63,413 nt of DNA, taken from NCBI GenBank assembly GCA_020536535.1, contig JAHLWZ010000192.1, positions 1-63,413 on the forward strand, in the 5' to 3' direction. Position 1 is the first letter of the stretch; every line of letters starts with the position of its first letter. This document shows positions 12,443 through 30,562 of the stretch, one piece after another. The notes under the pieces were generated by a model. That model did no database searches and was not told where the DNA came from. It saw only the letters and a program-made list of their open reading frames with translations. The position numbers and the translations under genes were made by a program. Origin of the DNA: Pelomyxa schiedti. Lineage: Eukaryota > Protista > Evosea.

Positions 12443-14119
12443 TCAGGGGAGGGTTACAAGAAAAGGACCCCGTCGTACTACGGCATCGTGTATTTGTGGC
12501 AGGGAGAAAGAAGGAATAAGTCCAAGGGCTGAGGATATTGTCCCTGATTGCCTTTTGTCCAGGCCATCACTCAGTCTGTCTGTTGTGGTGTTTAGAGTCA
12601 ATAAATAGATATAGAGGATAGATGGACAAATCTCGGGCTAGCATACGGTGAAAGCGACCATGTTGGGTGGGGAAAAGAGACCACACAGGCTCAAATAGAA
12701 ATGACAGGGTTCCCCCCTTGAGATGTAACAAATGAGCTTCGGGTGGGTCCAGCTGAAGTTTGTTTGTTTGTTTGGAGTTATGGGTTGGTCAGAATAATTG
12801 CGGGCAGGACTCCTCCTACCTGAAGCGAATTGTGGGTTGTCAGCCAGTGGCCTTGCGGGGCCAGGCATTTCAGAATTGTGGGAGTGGGTGTGGGTGTTGC
12901 CAACAAGTCCAATACATAATCAACCCCTAATTGGCCTGTGCAGGCATTTACAGTGTCAAAAAGGGGTTTTCCGCTGCTCAAATCGAGTATAGATTCTGAG
13001 GTGAAGAATTAAGAAATGAGTACACAGTTCAAAGAGTTGGGGTGATTTACCAGTGTTGATATTAATATTTCCCAAAACCTGTAATTCTGTGGTGTTATTT
13101 ACAGTTGCTATAATGTGTAGGCCGATTTGTGAAGCCACTTGAATTGCTATATAGCCAATATCCTAGGATAATCTTAGAGCCTCAGAATATCATGAGAAAA
13201 AAAGTACAGTAGCTGCACCAAGAATCAAGATGTATTCTCCTGGCTTTGCATTACACCTTGAATATAAGGCAGTATAGGTGGTTATCAACCCACAAACAGA
13301 GGCAGTTGCGTCTTGGTGGCTTATTCCAGGTGGTTTGTGAACTAGAGTGAATAAGACAAGAACCCACTTTGATGAAATTACCAAGACAAAACCAAGGAAC
13401 TGTGATGTATTCTGCCAATGCACCACCACTTGAAAGAGAGACGCATCCTATTACTTCATCTCCCGTCTGGAAGCTAAGCGGAAGGAGTGCAGGGTACGAA
13501 GTCATTTCCCCTGAGTGTGGCTGTTCAAAGTTGCACAAAGAGTACTTAGATTAATGTCGTTTAAAATTATGTTAAAGTTTTGAGGTCTATAATAAATACT
13601 ATACCGTAAAAATTGAATCAACCACACCAGAAAAATGGCATCCAGGACAGTAGCCTGCACCCTCTAAATCAGCTTCTCCAACAACCTCTTTGAATTCACC
13701 TAAATAATGTAAGGAAGAAATGGAAATGCAAATGCAAATGTAATTTCCAACCTCTCATGAGTGCAATGTCTTCCCGTGTTATCACACAGCAGAAAACCTT
13801 AACCCTAACCATCATAATCCCACCTTCCTGCAATAAAAAGTGTCCAGTTGGCATTTATACATTACATGGGAGATAGATGAAATGAAGGGGAGAGGGGAAA
13901 AAAAAAAACCTCAGGTTGAGGGGCTCCAGGCACAGCAGCGTCCATCACCAAGCTCAAGCCCTGTTGTTGTGACGGTGTCCTGGGTTGCTCAGCAGGCAGC
14001 AGTGCCTCCACCCCACCAGAGACCAACTTGGTGCCCGGCACGCTCGCCAGCGTCGTGGTCGTCGTCGCCGCCGCTGCGTCGCTCTCCCTTATGAAACGAC
14101 GCAGCCGAACGGACTTCAT
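12443..14119 (-). CDS. CRYZL1: Quinone oxidoreductase-like protein 1 (zeta-crystallin-like, MDR family)
   Basis: PGCHFSGVV, FQTGDEVIG, KPPGISHQDATASVCGLITTYTALY, LGVDYVLD, CLAPQGHWLTTHNSLQLDPPEAHLLHLKGGTLSFLFEPVW. The LQLDPP..L.LKG motif is typical of CRYZL1. Confidence 0.8.
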
Positions 14120-14265
14120 CACGCCGATAAAAATCTAGTAGTTTTTTGATTTTCGTGTGTTTGTTGTGTGCAATGGGGAAATGGCGATAGCTTCTCCTCA
14201 CGGACAGGAAAAAAAATGACAATGCAGATGGTTGGGGTTGTGTGTTGTGAACTGGGCACGGTGTA

Positions 14266-16833
14266 CTAGTCCGACTGTGAGGAGTAGGACTTGCGGCGGG
14301 ACGCTGTGGACGTGGAGCTGTCACTGTATGCGCCGCTGTGTATCTCGTCCTCAGAGTCGCTGTCACTATCGCTGTCGCTGGCGTGATGGTGCTTGTGCTT
14401 GCGCACCACGCCCGCGGTGCTGGTGGCTGTGGGGCTGTGGTACGTGCGCGAGTGGCGGACCGGGAGCGATGACACGGCCCGCCGGGCGGGGTTGTTGTAC
14501 ACTGGGGTGACTATGGTGCTGGTGGGTGGTGGGTGGCCGCTGGTCTCGTCAAGAGTGTCTTGGCTCATGGGCGAGGCCAAGTGTGAGTGTGGGCCTGAGG
14601 ATAGGATGCCAATGGGCTGGGATCCGTAATGACGTTTCATTCTCTCGAGATCCCATAGGGCTTTTCCATTGGCCATGGCCTCTTCTGGTGTTTCTGCCTG
14701 TAGATTCGTGGTTAAATTTAAAAAAAAAAGGTACAGTGTGGCTTTACTCTAAGAAGGTATTCTATGGCAATGATGCTATCTCTACGACCAGTAAGCTTGA
14801 TCAACTTCTCTGTTCGTACAGTTTCGGAACTAGAGGAGTTACCCATTATGTTGATGTGGACCAAGCACACATTTGTGTAGGCCGATCCCCATAGGTCCGT
14901 TTGATGTGCTCTGCATTCCATAATTTGGCAGCATTTTTTCTTGCTTGTTCAGGTGTCTCGGCCTAGGAAATGAGGAGGTGGGAAAAATATGTTGAAAAAC
15001 CAACATCGAGTAAAGCAGATATCTGCTCCAATGAACTTCTCCGGCCAGTGATTTTCGTCAACTTATCGCGTTTCTTCTGTTTATCGATATTGGCGTCTTT
15101 ATGGTGGGATTTGTGATGTCCCTCCACGCCTGTTTTCTCTCGTGCCACACCATCAGCCCCAATAACATACCCACTACTCGTGCTGCTTACACTGCTATTT
15201 GAACTGTCAATATCTCCACTGCTCCCACCACCACTACTCGTAGCGATAGAGCTGCCTTCGATATTGGGAACCATCATTATACTGGCAGCACTCCCCCCTG
15301 TGGTATCTCTGTTTTGAAAACTTGTGGGGATCAGTGTAATACTTGGTGCTCCAAGGGTAGCGTGTGCTACTGGGGGTGTTGATGGCGTTGTTGTTAAGGG
15401 AATAAGTGTTGACACTGATGGTGCTGTTGAGACTGATGCTGACGTTGATGCTGCCGTAAATGCCGGTGTCGCAGTTGGTGCTGGTGCTGGCGTTGGAATT
15501 AGCGTTGGGGCTGGTGTTGAAATTGGTGCCGATGTTGATGCTGAAGCAGATGTCGATGCTGATGTTGATGTCGAAGGTGCCATCGGTGTTGGGGAGGATA
15601 CAAAAATGGATGTCAAGGTGGGTGGGTGTGTGGGTGGTGATGCAGAAGAATTAGTTGTACAGGTGTGTGCAAAAATCTGGGGTTGGGTGGGGGAAGTTGA
15701 TGACATTGCCTGTGTTTGATTTGAAGCAGGAGCAGTTTTAATACACCCAGGTCCTCTACTTCTACGCCAGGTATGAGGTTCCTCTCCACCACTAGGCTCA
15801 ACAGGTGTCTGTTCTGCGATACTAGTTGGTGGGAGGGTGTGTTGGCTGATTGCCTGTATATTCTGTAAAGAAGGAATTGTTGGAAGTTGTGGACCAGATG
15901 TGGAAGGGGGAGGAGAAGGAAAACTAGTGTGATGACCTGTTGGCGGAGTGGGTGGGGATGCTGTTGATGCAGTTGCTTGTGGAAAAGGGGTGTTTGAAGA
16001 AGATAAGGGTGATGTGGATGGAGATGAATTTGGGGAGACCTGGTTAGGTGCACGTGAAGGAACCATTCGTGGAGTTGTTATTGCAGTATTCTGAGGCGGA
16101 GTAGAAGGGGGTGTGCTGGATGAGGAATGTTGAGGGGATATTGGTTGTGTGTGAGAAGATGCAGAAAAGTGATGGGGAATAATACTGAAAATAGAATGCA
16201 TGTGGGGTGTTGATATGGTGTGTGCATGCGGTCGTGCCATTGGATTTGTACTAGCTGTACCAATCAAAAGTGGAGGTACTCCAGATGTAAAACCTGTTGT
16301 ACCAGGGGTAATGGAAGACAATTGTAAAGGCGGTGGAGCGTTAGATGCGTCCTTGCTAGAATTTCGCCTGTGTTTGGCAAGTGGAGGGCTGCTCATTGGT
16401 ACAATTTTGCGGTCCCCTGCACCAAAACTGGCCGTTCTGCCATCAATTCCAAAAGGCGGTGGGATACTCCCTGAACTAGCACTGAGAGGTACTGAAGGAA
16501 ACTGACTGGGTGCTGTTGTCATTGCTATGCTTGAAGCAGTGGCACCAAACGGTACCTTATCGAGGCCATCACTTTTTCCGAGGCTTTCGAACTCTACGAG
16601 AGGAGACTGGGTTTAAATGGCAGGGGTAAGCCTGCAGTCTCTCCATTATATACAATGTAACGGCGAGGGAGATGGGGGAAAAAAAAGCAAGGACATACAA
16701 TTCCCCCGTAGTAATTCTGATGGGAAAAAACCCTGGATATCAGATTCTCAAGGTACCTTATCCTATTGTCTTTTTCCTCCAACAGCCCCTCGTAGTGCTG
16801 CATCACGAGCCTCAGATCTTCTCTAGTCACCAT
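14266..16833 (-). CDS. Hypothetical protein: short N-terminal coiled coil, long P/S/T-rich region, then two tandem ~58-aa repeats
   Basis: MVTREDLRLVMQHYEGLLEEKDNRIRYLENL start; a 519-aa low-complexity exon; spliced repeats KLTKITGRR...AETPEQA...LW...KRTYG and KLIKLTGRR...AETPEEA...LW...KRHYG. Confidence 0.7.
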
Positions 16834-17170
16834 GTCGCCCCCGTCGCTTTTTACACGCGACGTATCGCTTGCATTACCCCCGCCGCTCGCCGCCGTTTTT
16901 TTTTTTTTTTAATTTATGGTTGGTTTTGCATTGCAGTACGCGAACTGAGTTGATGACAAAACTGAAGGGATTCCCCGGATCTCCTGTCAATCCGGCAATT
17001 CGATTTATGCTGGTCGTTCTGCTTGTCACTTTGTTGGATCTTTTCTTGTCACTAGAGGTGCTGCCCCGTCAGTAAAGTATTAGGCGAAACACGCTGGATT
17101 TCAGAAGGAAGGGCGAGCAGGAGCAGACCAACAACAAAATTAAAGAAAAAGCACCCGGGAGGCGGCTGCG

Positions 17171-20100
17171 ATGGCGGACGCAATCAACGTGTGTGTCGTG
17201 TGTAGATTTAGGCCTCAGAATAAGCGGGAGTCTCTGTTGGACCAGCCCCCTCCCGAGTTCCACATCAACCAGCCCGACGACTACACCATCCAGATCTACA
17301 ACCCCGCAAAACGCGGTGACGACGTGTACTCGTTTGATCACATTTTCGGCCCTCAGTCGCCGGTGACGCAGGAGCAGATCTACAACGTGACGGGGTTCCC
17401 GGCAATCAAGTTCGTTCCCAATATTTTGTTCTACTAGCACGTAACATGTCTTCCCTTTTAGACATTGTTTCGAAGGACACAATGGATGCATTTTCGCTTA
17501 TGGTATTTTTGTGCACTTTTATTCTTATTCTTCCCTGTTAATACAAACAGGGCAAACGGGCTCTGGCAAAACTTTCACAATGTTTGGAGGGGCTGCTGAA
17601 GGCAATGACGACTGGACTATTGCTGGTGTAATCCCGCGAATTGGCAGGTAAAAAGTTGAATTGTATAAGAGCCTCAAAAAAAATTCAGGGAGATGTTTGT
17701 CCTAGCTAGTGGAGCGAAAGGTGTAAAGCACGTTGGGATAACCTGCACTTTCCTGGAAATTTACATGGAAAAACTCAAGTTCGCACTGAATTCTTTCTTG
17801 GGTGTTACTCAATCTGTTCAGGGATCTCCTTAATCCAAAATGTGAAGTACAACTCACTGTCCGACAGTCAGCTGAAAAAGGCATTCATGTACCAGGGCTC
17901 TCCGACTCAGATGTAAGATCAATTATCCTTTTGGGCTATTTAAGGCTACCTTCATCTTTCTTAATCCAGCATTTGGAATCAGATCGTGATCTTTTAGATC
18001 TTATTGCCTATGGAAACAGGTTTCGCACTTTCAGGCAAACAGGCATGAATGTACACAGCTCACGTAGTCACACGTGTGTTATTGTAGTTTTTGTCAAGCT
18101 GAGAGCTCACATCCCTTCTTTAATAGTGTCCTCACAATCAACATCACACAGACTATGGACAATGACGAAATTCTAAGAGCAAGATTGAATTTAATTGATT
18201 TAGCTGGTTCAGAAAGACTTTCACAGACTGGCCTGGCAGATGTTGGTGCTGAAGAGGTTGGCAGCCCATCCATGTTCCAACCTAATGTTGTTGGGTAGGG
18301 CATAAAAATTAACTTATCGTTGACAACACTGAGTTCTTGCATAAAAGCTTTAGGAACTGGTAAAGGTAGACCTCCTTTCAGAGATTCAGTGCTCACAAGA
18401 CTGCTACAGGTGGATACCCTTGTATTATAGAAATCCTCACTTCATAATCTAGGAGTCTTTGACAGGCAACTCTCGCACAGTTCTAGTCATTTGTGCCAGT
18501 CCTCATCACTCCAATGTTGCTGACACCCTTAGTACCATGAGATTTGGGCAACGAGCCAAAGAGATCAAGACTAAAGTTAGAGCAAATGTCCAACGGAGTG
18601 CTGAGCAACTTGAAGTTGCTATAGCAGAAGTATAACTTCCAACACCCCTGTATTTTGCCTTAGTAGACATTCAGGTAGAGAAACAAATCAAACTGCTTAA
18701 AGAGGAAAATCTGCAATTAGAAAAGGCCGTTGTGTCAGCCAAAGACCCAAGCTGGGTCCCTGGTTCTTTTGTATTTATAGTGCCTGTTGCCACTCCAGCT
18801 CCAGCTCCAGCTCCAACTCCCACGCCAGCAAAATCGGCAACACCATCTGCAACTGGAGCAACACCCTCTTCAAGTCCGACCCCTGGGTCGGCATCAACAC
18901 CTGCATCGACATCGACACCTGCATCAACAGCAAACTTGTCACGGTCTGCGCCACCTTCACACACACAATCAACCCCTGAAAAACCAGGAACTGGGTCCTC
19001 TGGTACCCCAAGCACAACAGGCACAAGAACCGTCTGTCCCAGTTTTTTTTCTTTTACTCCTTACTGGAAGTCAGGTTACTTCTCAGGCACCTAGCTGTCT
19101 GCCAGGAATTGGCTTTTCCCTTACTGAGGTATCTAGAATCTGAACACAATAACCCTTTTGTTCAACTTCTCTTTAGATTAATAAAGACATAGCCACCTTC
19201 AAGGAAACAAGTTCACAACAACTTAAAGCTTTACAAGGGAAGATTGACCAAGTAAGCGAGATACCTTATCTTTCTTATTCAATAATTCCACTAGCTCACA
19301 GCCAGCGATGAAGCCATCCAACAAACTCTGAAGCAGCTAGAAAATGACGAGCAGCAGGCAAAAGAACAAGCAGAAGACATTAAAAAGAAGTTAAATATTG
19401 AGTCTGAAAATATGGCTGCCTCCATGAAATATCATGATGAAGAAGTGAATGATGTTCTGAAAGAGGTTAAAGAAACAAAACAAAAAACCTCCCTTTGTTG
19501 GTTTAACTAACCCAAAACCACACTCTATAGACGGCTGATTTGCAATCTCAGATTGGAGAAATGAAAGCCCAAGCAAAAGAGTTGGAAAATGTCTTAGCGT
19601 CAGGGGTTGAATCCATGTCGTTGCTAACACGTGATAATGAAAAAGTATATGGTCTAACAGGAAGTTGCATACCTTTTAACCAGTGTCCACAGATAACACT
19701 GGAGAGAAATCTACTCGCTCAGCAGCTACAGCAGTGCAAGGAAACAGCCGTGAAGGCCCAACAGCAACTCAAACTTGTCCAAGAACATGGTGTTGTTCTG
19801 TTATTGTGGGTTTCTGTACCCTAACAAACCTAGTCGTGACCCAACTTAAAATTGTTGCTGAGCACGACAAACAACTGGAGGATTTGAGAGGTCAAGTCTC
19901 CAAGGCTGCAAGCTATATGGAAAAAGCTGTAAGTGCTCTTAATAAGTACCAACAAGAAATAGCGTCAATGAATGCTTCTTTCACAGCCTTGGTTTCAGCC
20001 CTCCCAAAAAAACCTACAAAATTCACTCTACATCCAGCAACAGAAACTGAAAGAGGAGGAGAGTTCCATCCAGGCTTTCTCTGCCTCCCTTGGGGAGGTT

Positions 20101-21840
20101 CAAACTTTCATTCAAGCCACACAAACTCTCAATGAGCGTTCTATTGCTGCACTCACTGCACAGCACGAGAGACGCAGATTGACTCTGGTTCAGGTATAAG
20201 CCCTCCATTTCCGCACAGCGTCAAACATAAGCGTGCAGTCGTTGGAACGGTCTCTATCTACCGTACTCTATTTAAAGCAGCACAACTCTACTTGGACAGA
20301 GCTCCCTGCTGCAGAGCAACTATTAAGGACAATGCTTTTGGAGGCAAACCCCGGTATCAACTAAGGGAAAAGCAACCAAGGTCTTTTTGACCAAATGTAA
20401 GGTTTCGACTTCAGTTCCTTAACGCCGAAGTCCGCACCGGCAATGAAAGAAGCTCTTGTGTCGGTTCTCACACAATACAAGGTTTCAATGACATTTTCTC
20501 CCCAGTTTTCCTCCAACTTCTGGCAAAGGATACAATGGTTGATGAAATTCAACTCCAAAATCAAATTCAGTGCCAATCCATAAATGACCTTGCTCAAATG
20601 GCAACAATCCGAGACGCCAGAGTTCAACAACTCCGAGCACAAAAGGTGGAATTGGACAATACAAATACCGACATGTCAAAGCAGGTATGTTAATTAGCAT
20701 TACTACTTGCCCACATAAATCTGTACCCAGCTTCCTGAACTGCAAGCCAAGGCAGCAACAGCTGTGAAACCCACTAAAAAGACCAAAGGTGGCCCGTCTT
20801 CGGCAGCGGGCGGCCAGGATCTAAGTGCCACACTGGAGGTTCTGCATTCTACTTACCCTTTCAGTTTGTAAATTTTACTTTTCTCACAGGCAGAAAAACG
20901 TAAGATAGAGCAATTGCGTTCTACAATCACCACACTCTCCAAACAAAAGCAAGAAGTGGGTTTTACAAACGATGCACTAGAAACAAAGTTTAATGGTATT
21001 GCTTGAATTAATTATCATTACTGATACAAAGTAACACAAAACAAGAATTAATTGTCAAGGAAAAATTGGAGGCAACCAATCTTGAGAAAATTACTTCTCT
21101 TCTTCAGCAAGAAACCCAGCGCGCGGTAAGTCAATCACAGTCAGCCAAAATGGTTCTGGCAAATGTTTCTAAGGGAAATGAAATGTATGTTGAAGCTAAT
21201 AATGGGTTTGCATTCATGGCTTTAGATTGCAAGAAGCTAAGCAACGACACACAAAGCTTGAACAGGAAATTGCTGCTATGACTAAAGCCAAAGAAGAACT
21301 CATTCAGCTGAAAGAAACTCTTGAAGTGCGCCAAATTGAGGAGGAGAAACTCCTTGCTCAGGTAGCACTCATTTTTAAACAAGCCCCAACTCACAGGAAA
21401 CAGGCAATAGAGGAACTTCAAAAACAGCAACAGCTCAGACTTGAACAAATTCAAAAAAGAGCAAGAATTTTCAAGCCAGTCAGAAGGTACCGCCAGATAT
21501 TTCGTTGTGAATATGAAATCCTTCTTACTCCAAATAGAGAAGTCCGGATTGACCTAGCGCAAGTCAAAAAAGGACTAAGAGCAACAAACTCCCCCCACCT
21601 TGAAGGTATGGTACTTCCTATATCTGATAACCTCAACCGTTTTCTTCTTACTAAATAATCACTCCAGCCGCTAAAAAGCTGGCAGAAGGTTACACAGTCC
21701 CAACCACAACACCTACTCCATCCACACCAACACAGCCAGCACACAAAGCAGTACCAACGCTATCTTCGGTTCCCAAACCAACAACCAGAGATACTTCAGT
21801 CAGCCCCAGGAACCCAACCAACCCACCAAGGAAATTGTAA
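17171..21840 (+). CDS. Kinesin-1 family heavy chain
   Basis: [14 protein letters not shown]-loop YGQTGSGKT, switch [10 protein letters not shown], switch [22 protein letters not shown], neck [16 protein letters not shown], a long coiled-coil stalk and the IAK-like tail RIFKPVRR. Confidence 0.93.
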
Positions 21841-22035
21841 AAAAAAACCATTTCTCCAAGATAACGAAAAATACACTATTGAGTATTTTAATCAGCCACA
21901 GCTGATGGTCTGAAAAATAATCACCACCGAAAACTTTCGTGGGAGCTGGGGGCAACTAAAATTTTTGGTCAACGGAGGTGTCTCAACAAATGGTAAACAT
22001 TCTCAAAATAGTACACAGCTTCTCTGGGAGTTGTT

Positions 22036-22069
22036 CCACCCAAATGCAGTCTAGACTGCATTTGGGTGG
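22036..22069. repeat. Perfect 34-bp palindrome with no spacer
   Basis: CCACCCAAATGCAGTCT|AGACTGCATTTGGGTGG is identical to its own reverse complement. Confidence 0.97.
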
Positions 22070-22578
22070 TTGCCCACTTATGCATCCCTCTCCTCAAGAG
22101 ACCCAAGCAAGTCAACAAGGTGTGGGGCAGGAAGGTAATTGGCGTGTGGAGAACTTGCAGTTTGTGCAAGGTGATGTGTGCCAACACACCTCTTTGTGCT
22201 GGTGTGGTGTGTGAGAAGAGAGCAAGGGGAGTTTAGAGAAGAAGTGCAATTGGCATGCATCACCTCCCAACCACAAAACCCACACCCAACCTTTCTTCCA
22301 CCCCCACAACCTTTTGCCCACTTATGCATCCCTCTCCTCAAGAGACCCAAGCAAGTCAACAAGGTGTGGGGCAGGAAGGTAATTGGCGTGTGGAGAACTT
22401 GCAGTTTGTGCAAGGTGATGTGTGCCAACACACCNNNNNNNNNNNNNNNNNNNNNNNNNNNNNNNNNNNNNNNNNNNNNNNNNNNNNNNNNNNNNNNNNN
22501 NNNNNNNNNNNNNNNNNNNNNNNNNNNNNNNNNNTCTTTGTGCTGGTGTGGTGTGTGAGAAGAGAGCAAGGGGAGTTT
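22070..22578. repeat. Direct repeat of about 165 bp (period 244 bp); the second copy is split by a 100-N gap
   Basis: 22070-22234 recurs at 22314-22434 plus 22535-22578. The two gap flanks (ccaacacacc / tctttgtgct) are contiguous in the first copy. Confidence 0.9.
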
Positions 22579-22816
22579 GTTTTGCTGACTTATGCATTCC
22601 ATATCGCATTGTATAGCTTATGTCTCTTGATTGCAGTGTACGTTTGAGTTGAAATTCAGAATAACTATGTTAACTTCAGTGGAAGTACGCGGTACAGCTT
22701 CTGTGTTATGTGAATTACATGCCCCCGATTTATTAGTTGTGTTGTATTTTTTGGACTTTACTTGGTTGCCAAACCCCCCTCTATTTGTATTTACAGAATA
22801 AAGATGCACACAGAAT

Positions 22817-23030
22817 ACGCCGCACCCTAGCAAGCAACCACGCCACACCGCACTGCGCCGCGCCGCACCACCACGCCTCCACCGCGCCACGCCGCGCCGC
22901 ACCGCACAAGACCGCGCCGCACCGCGCCGCACCAGACCGCGCCGCACCACACCGCACCGACGACGCCCCTGAAGCTGCCGCGCCGCACAGTCTCTACGAA
23001 CTACAGTCCCCGCACCAAGCGCCGCCGCCT
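22817..23030. repeat. GC-rich degenerate (CCGCA/CCGCG)n pentamer repeat
   Basis: Runs such as ccgcgccgcaccgcgccgcaccagaccgcgccgcaccacaccgcacc. Confidence 0.8.
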
Positions 23031-23199
23031 CGCTCGTCCAACGCCACACTCACGACTACCTTGGAATCGCTCGCGTGCGGCACCGTTTGCAGCTGCCTGT
23101 CGGTGTTGCGAAACCGGCACCGCCGGTCGTGTGTTTGTGTTTTTTTTTTCTTTTTACGTTTTTTAAAAACCCACACACAATGCATTCCGAAGGCTAGTC

Positions 23200-24450
23200 G
23201 AGCAGTTGTATCTTTGGAACAGAAAATTCGGGAAGCACACATTCATGCAACTGCAAATGGGATGGCAACTGTTTGTACGGGTCGTACCTCGAGAATCAGA
23301 TAGTACTTCCGTTTGGTTGTTGCCATCTGTGGCTTGTCAGGGGTTTCATACCACATGATTTGCTGAGATTGATGTTGGCAGCCCATCTCAAATACTCAAG
23401 CACAATTGGGTAAGAGCTTGCACAAGAGCACGCATTTGCAGAACAGAAGTGGAAGTTGATGAATTCGCCTGTATTGGCTCATCCAGACTGGAACAAGGTG
23501 TTTATCATTGAGTCTCCTGCTTATTAAAGCTCAGTTGCAAAGATGCAGAAACACAGCCCACTACCTGGCATGTCAATTTGAGGCTTTTGGGCAGGAACTT
23601 TACTCTGATTGCTGATGCAACTGCAATTGAGAAGGAAAATGGAGTTGGCCATTATTAGCATTGCGGGAATGTGCACGGTGGTACATATAGATCAGTGAGA
23701 GTTGAATCCTGTAAATGATGCCTTGAGTCGTTGAAGATCAAGCAAGAAGACCGCGATACAGTTAACGTCAAACATTGTAAAAAGAACATTTGGGTCATTG
23801 CACCAGTCCAACTGAAACAATTATATGGATTCCTTTATTGCTTCGTGTTGGTAAAAAAACAGAGGAGCACACCACTTGAACCAGCAATTCCAGCTGTGCC
23901 TCTGGTATCCAAAGAAAAGAAAGAGTTGCTATACCAGAGCATAAATAAAAGTGGTGATGTGCCTGACAGGTCACACATGCCCTCCAAACATTCCTTTTCA
24001 AATCCCTTGAGTAGTGTAAGTTTTTGTTGTGTAGGGGTGTTCTCACGGAATGGTTAAGACATAAAGCGTAAACAAAGTCATAGTATCTGATCTGCCATAG
24101 GAATAAAACCTGTTCCTTTGTAATAAGAATAACAAAAGGCACACCCAGTTAAATGCCTCCAACTCAGCAATTGAATTAATAGGAAAAAGGGAGCTCCTTT
24201 CAGAATCAACAAGAGTTCGTTTGAGAGATCATTTAATTAGATTTTCTCCATCAAGGTGCTTGGAACTTGTGCTGAGTCGACATGGCCGCCTGGAATCTTC
24301 TCAAAGTAGCAATGAACGTTGTAGCATTGTCAACAGCCTCATAGATCTAGAATCCCTTGCAGTTGGTACATGTACAGTCCAACATCGTATTCCCATATCT
24401 CGGCAAGATGTTCCAGAGATGTGCTGTAAATCCAGAAATTGCAGCTCCCA
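23200..24450 (+). mobile_element. Decayed Ty3/gypsy-type LTR retrotransposon pol remnant (RT thumb, RNase H, probable integrase)
   Basis: Frameshifted fragments in gypsy order: RLVVAICGL/RGFIPH/FAEI, QEHAFAEQKWKLMNSPVLAHPDWNKVFIIE (23423-23512), HYLACQFEA, LLGRNFTLIAD (23584-23616), then a weak PNIPFQI. Many stops. The outer boundaries are uncertain. Confidence 0.75.
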
Positions 24451-25049
24451 GAGAATGCCAAGCACTACAAGTATAAGAAGAATAGCCAGGTATAACAGGG
24501 GTTTACCTCTTTTCATATCTGTGATTTTGCAAACTCGATTCAGATACTGGACTCTTTTTTAAAAAAGGCCAAAAAACAAGGGTGTTTGCAAGTACATCAA
24601 TTGAAGTCAGCCAACCATGAGCAAAGACAATCAAAGACTGCGATGCGCAGTAACCTCAAACACCATTAGGAATCTGCTGGCCGATAAAATCTGCATTCAT
24701 CTCCTTGAACCTCGTGCTATGTCCATTGTGGGATATGTGTCGCACCCATAACCTCTCTCGACACAAACCGCCATCCTTTTTCGGGAGTGCCTGCGGGAGC
24801 CGACTGCATACACGAGTCCTACACCAACACCAGGTGGCCAAGGTGCGATGCTGGTACTTCCTCAATCAGAGGGAAGAAACAGGCGGTGATGAATTCAAAG
24901 AAAATGAAAAGCGCTCACCGCGGGGACGGGTGCATGAAAACATCTGCGCATGAGGGACCAGAACTCAAAGAAAAGAAAAAATAGAGTTTGTTGTTGTACA
25001 ATCAAATGCAATGATTCTTAATTGGCAGAGGTATGGTATGCGTGAGTTA

Positions 25050-30562
<5,513 letters not shown>

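Noticed and set aside
22618-23303. Arg/Ala/Pro-rich ORFs on both strands
   Set aside because: They are explained by the CCGCA/CCGCG repeat and contain no recognisable domain.
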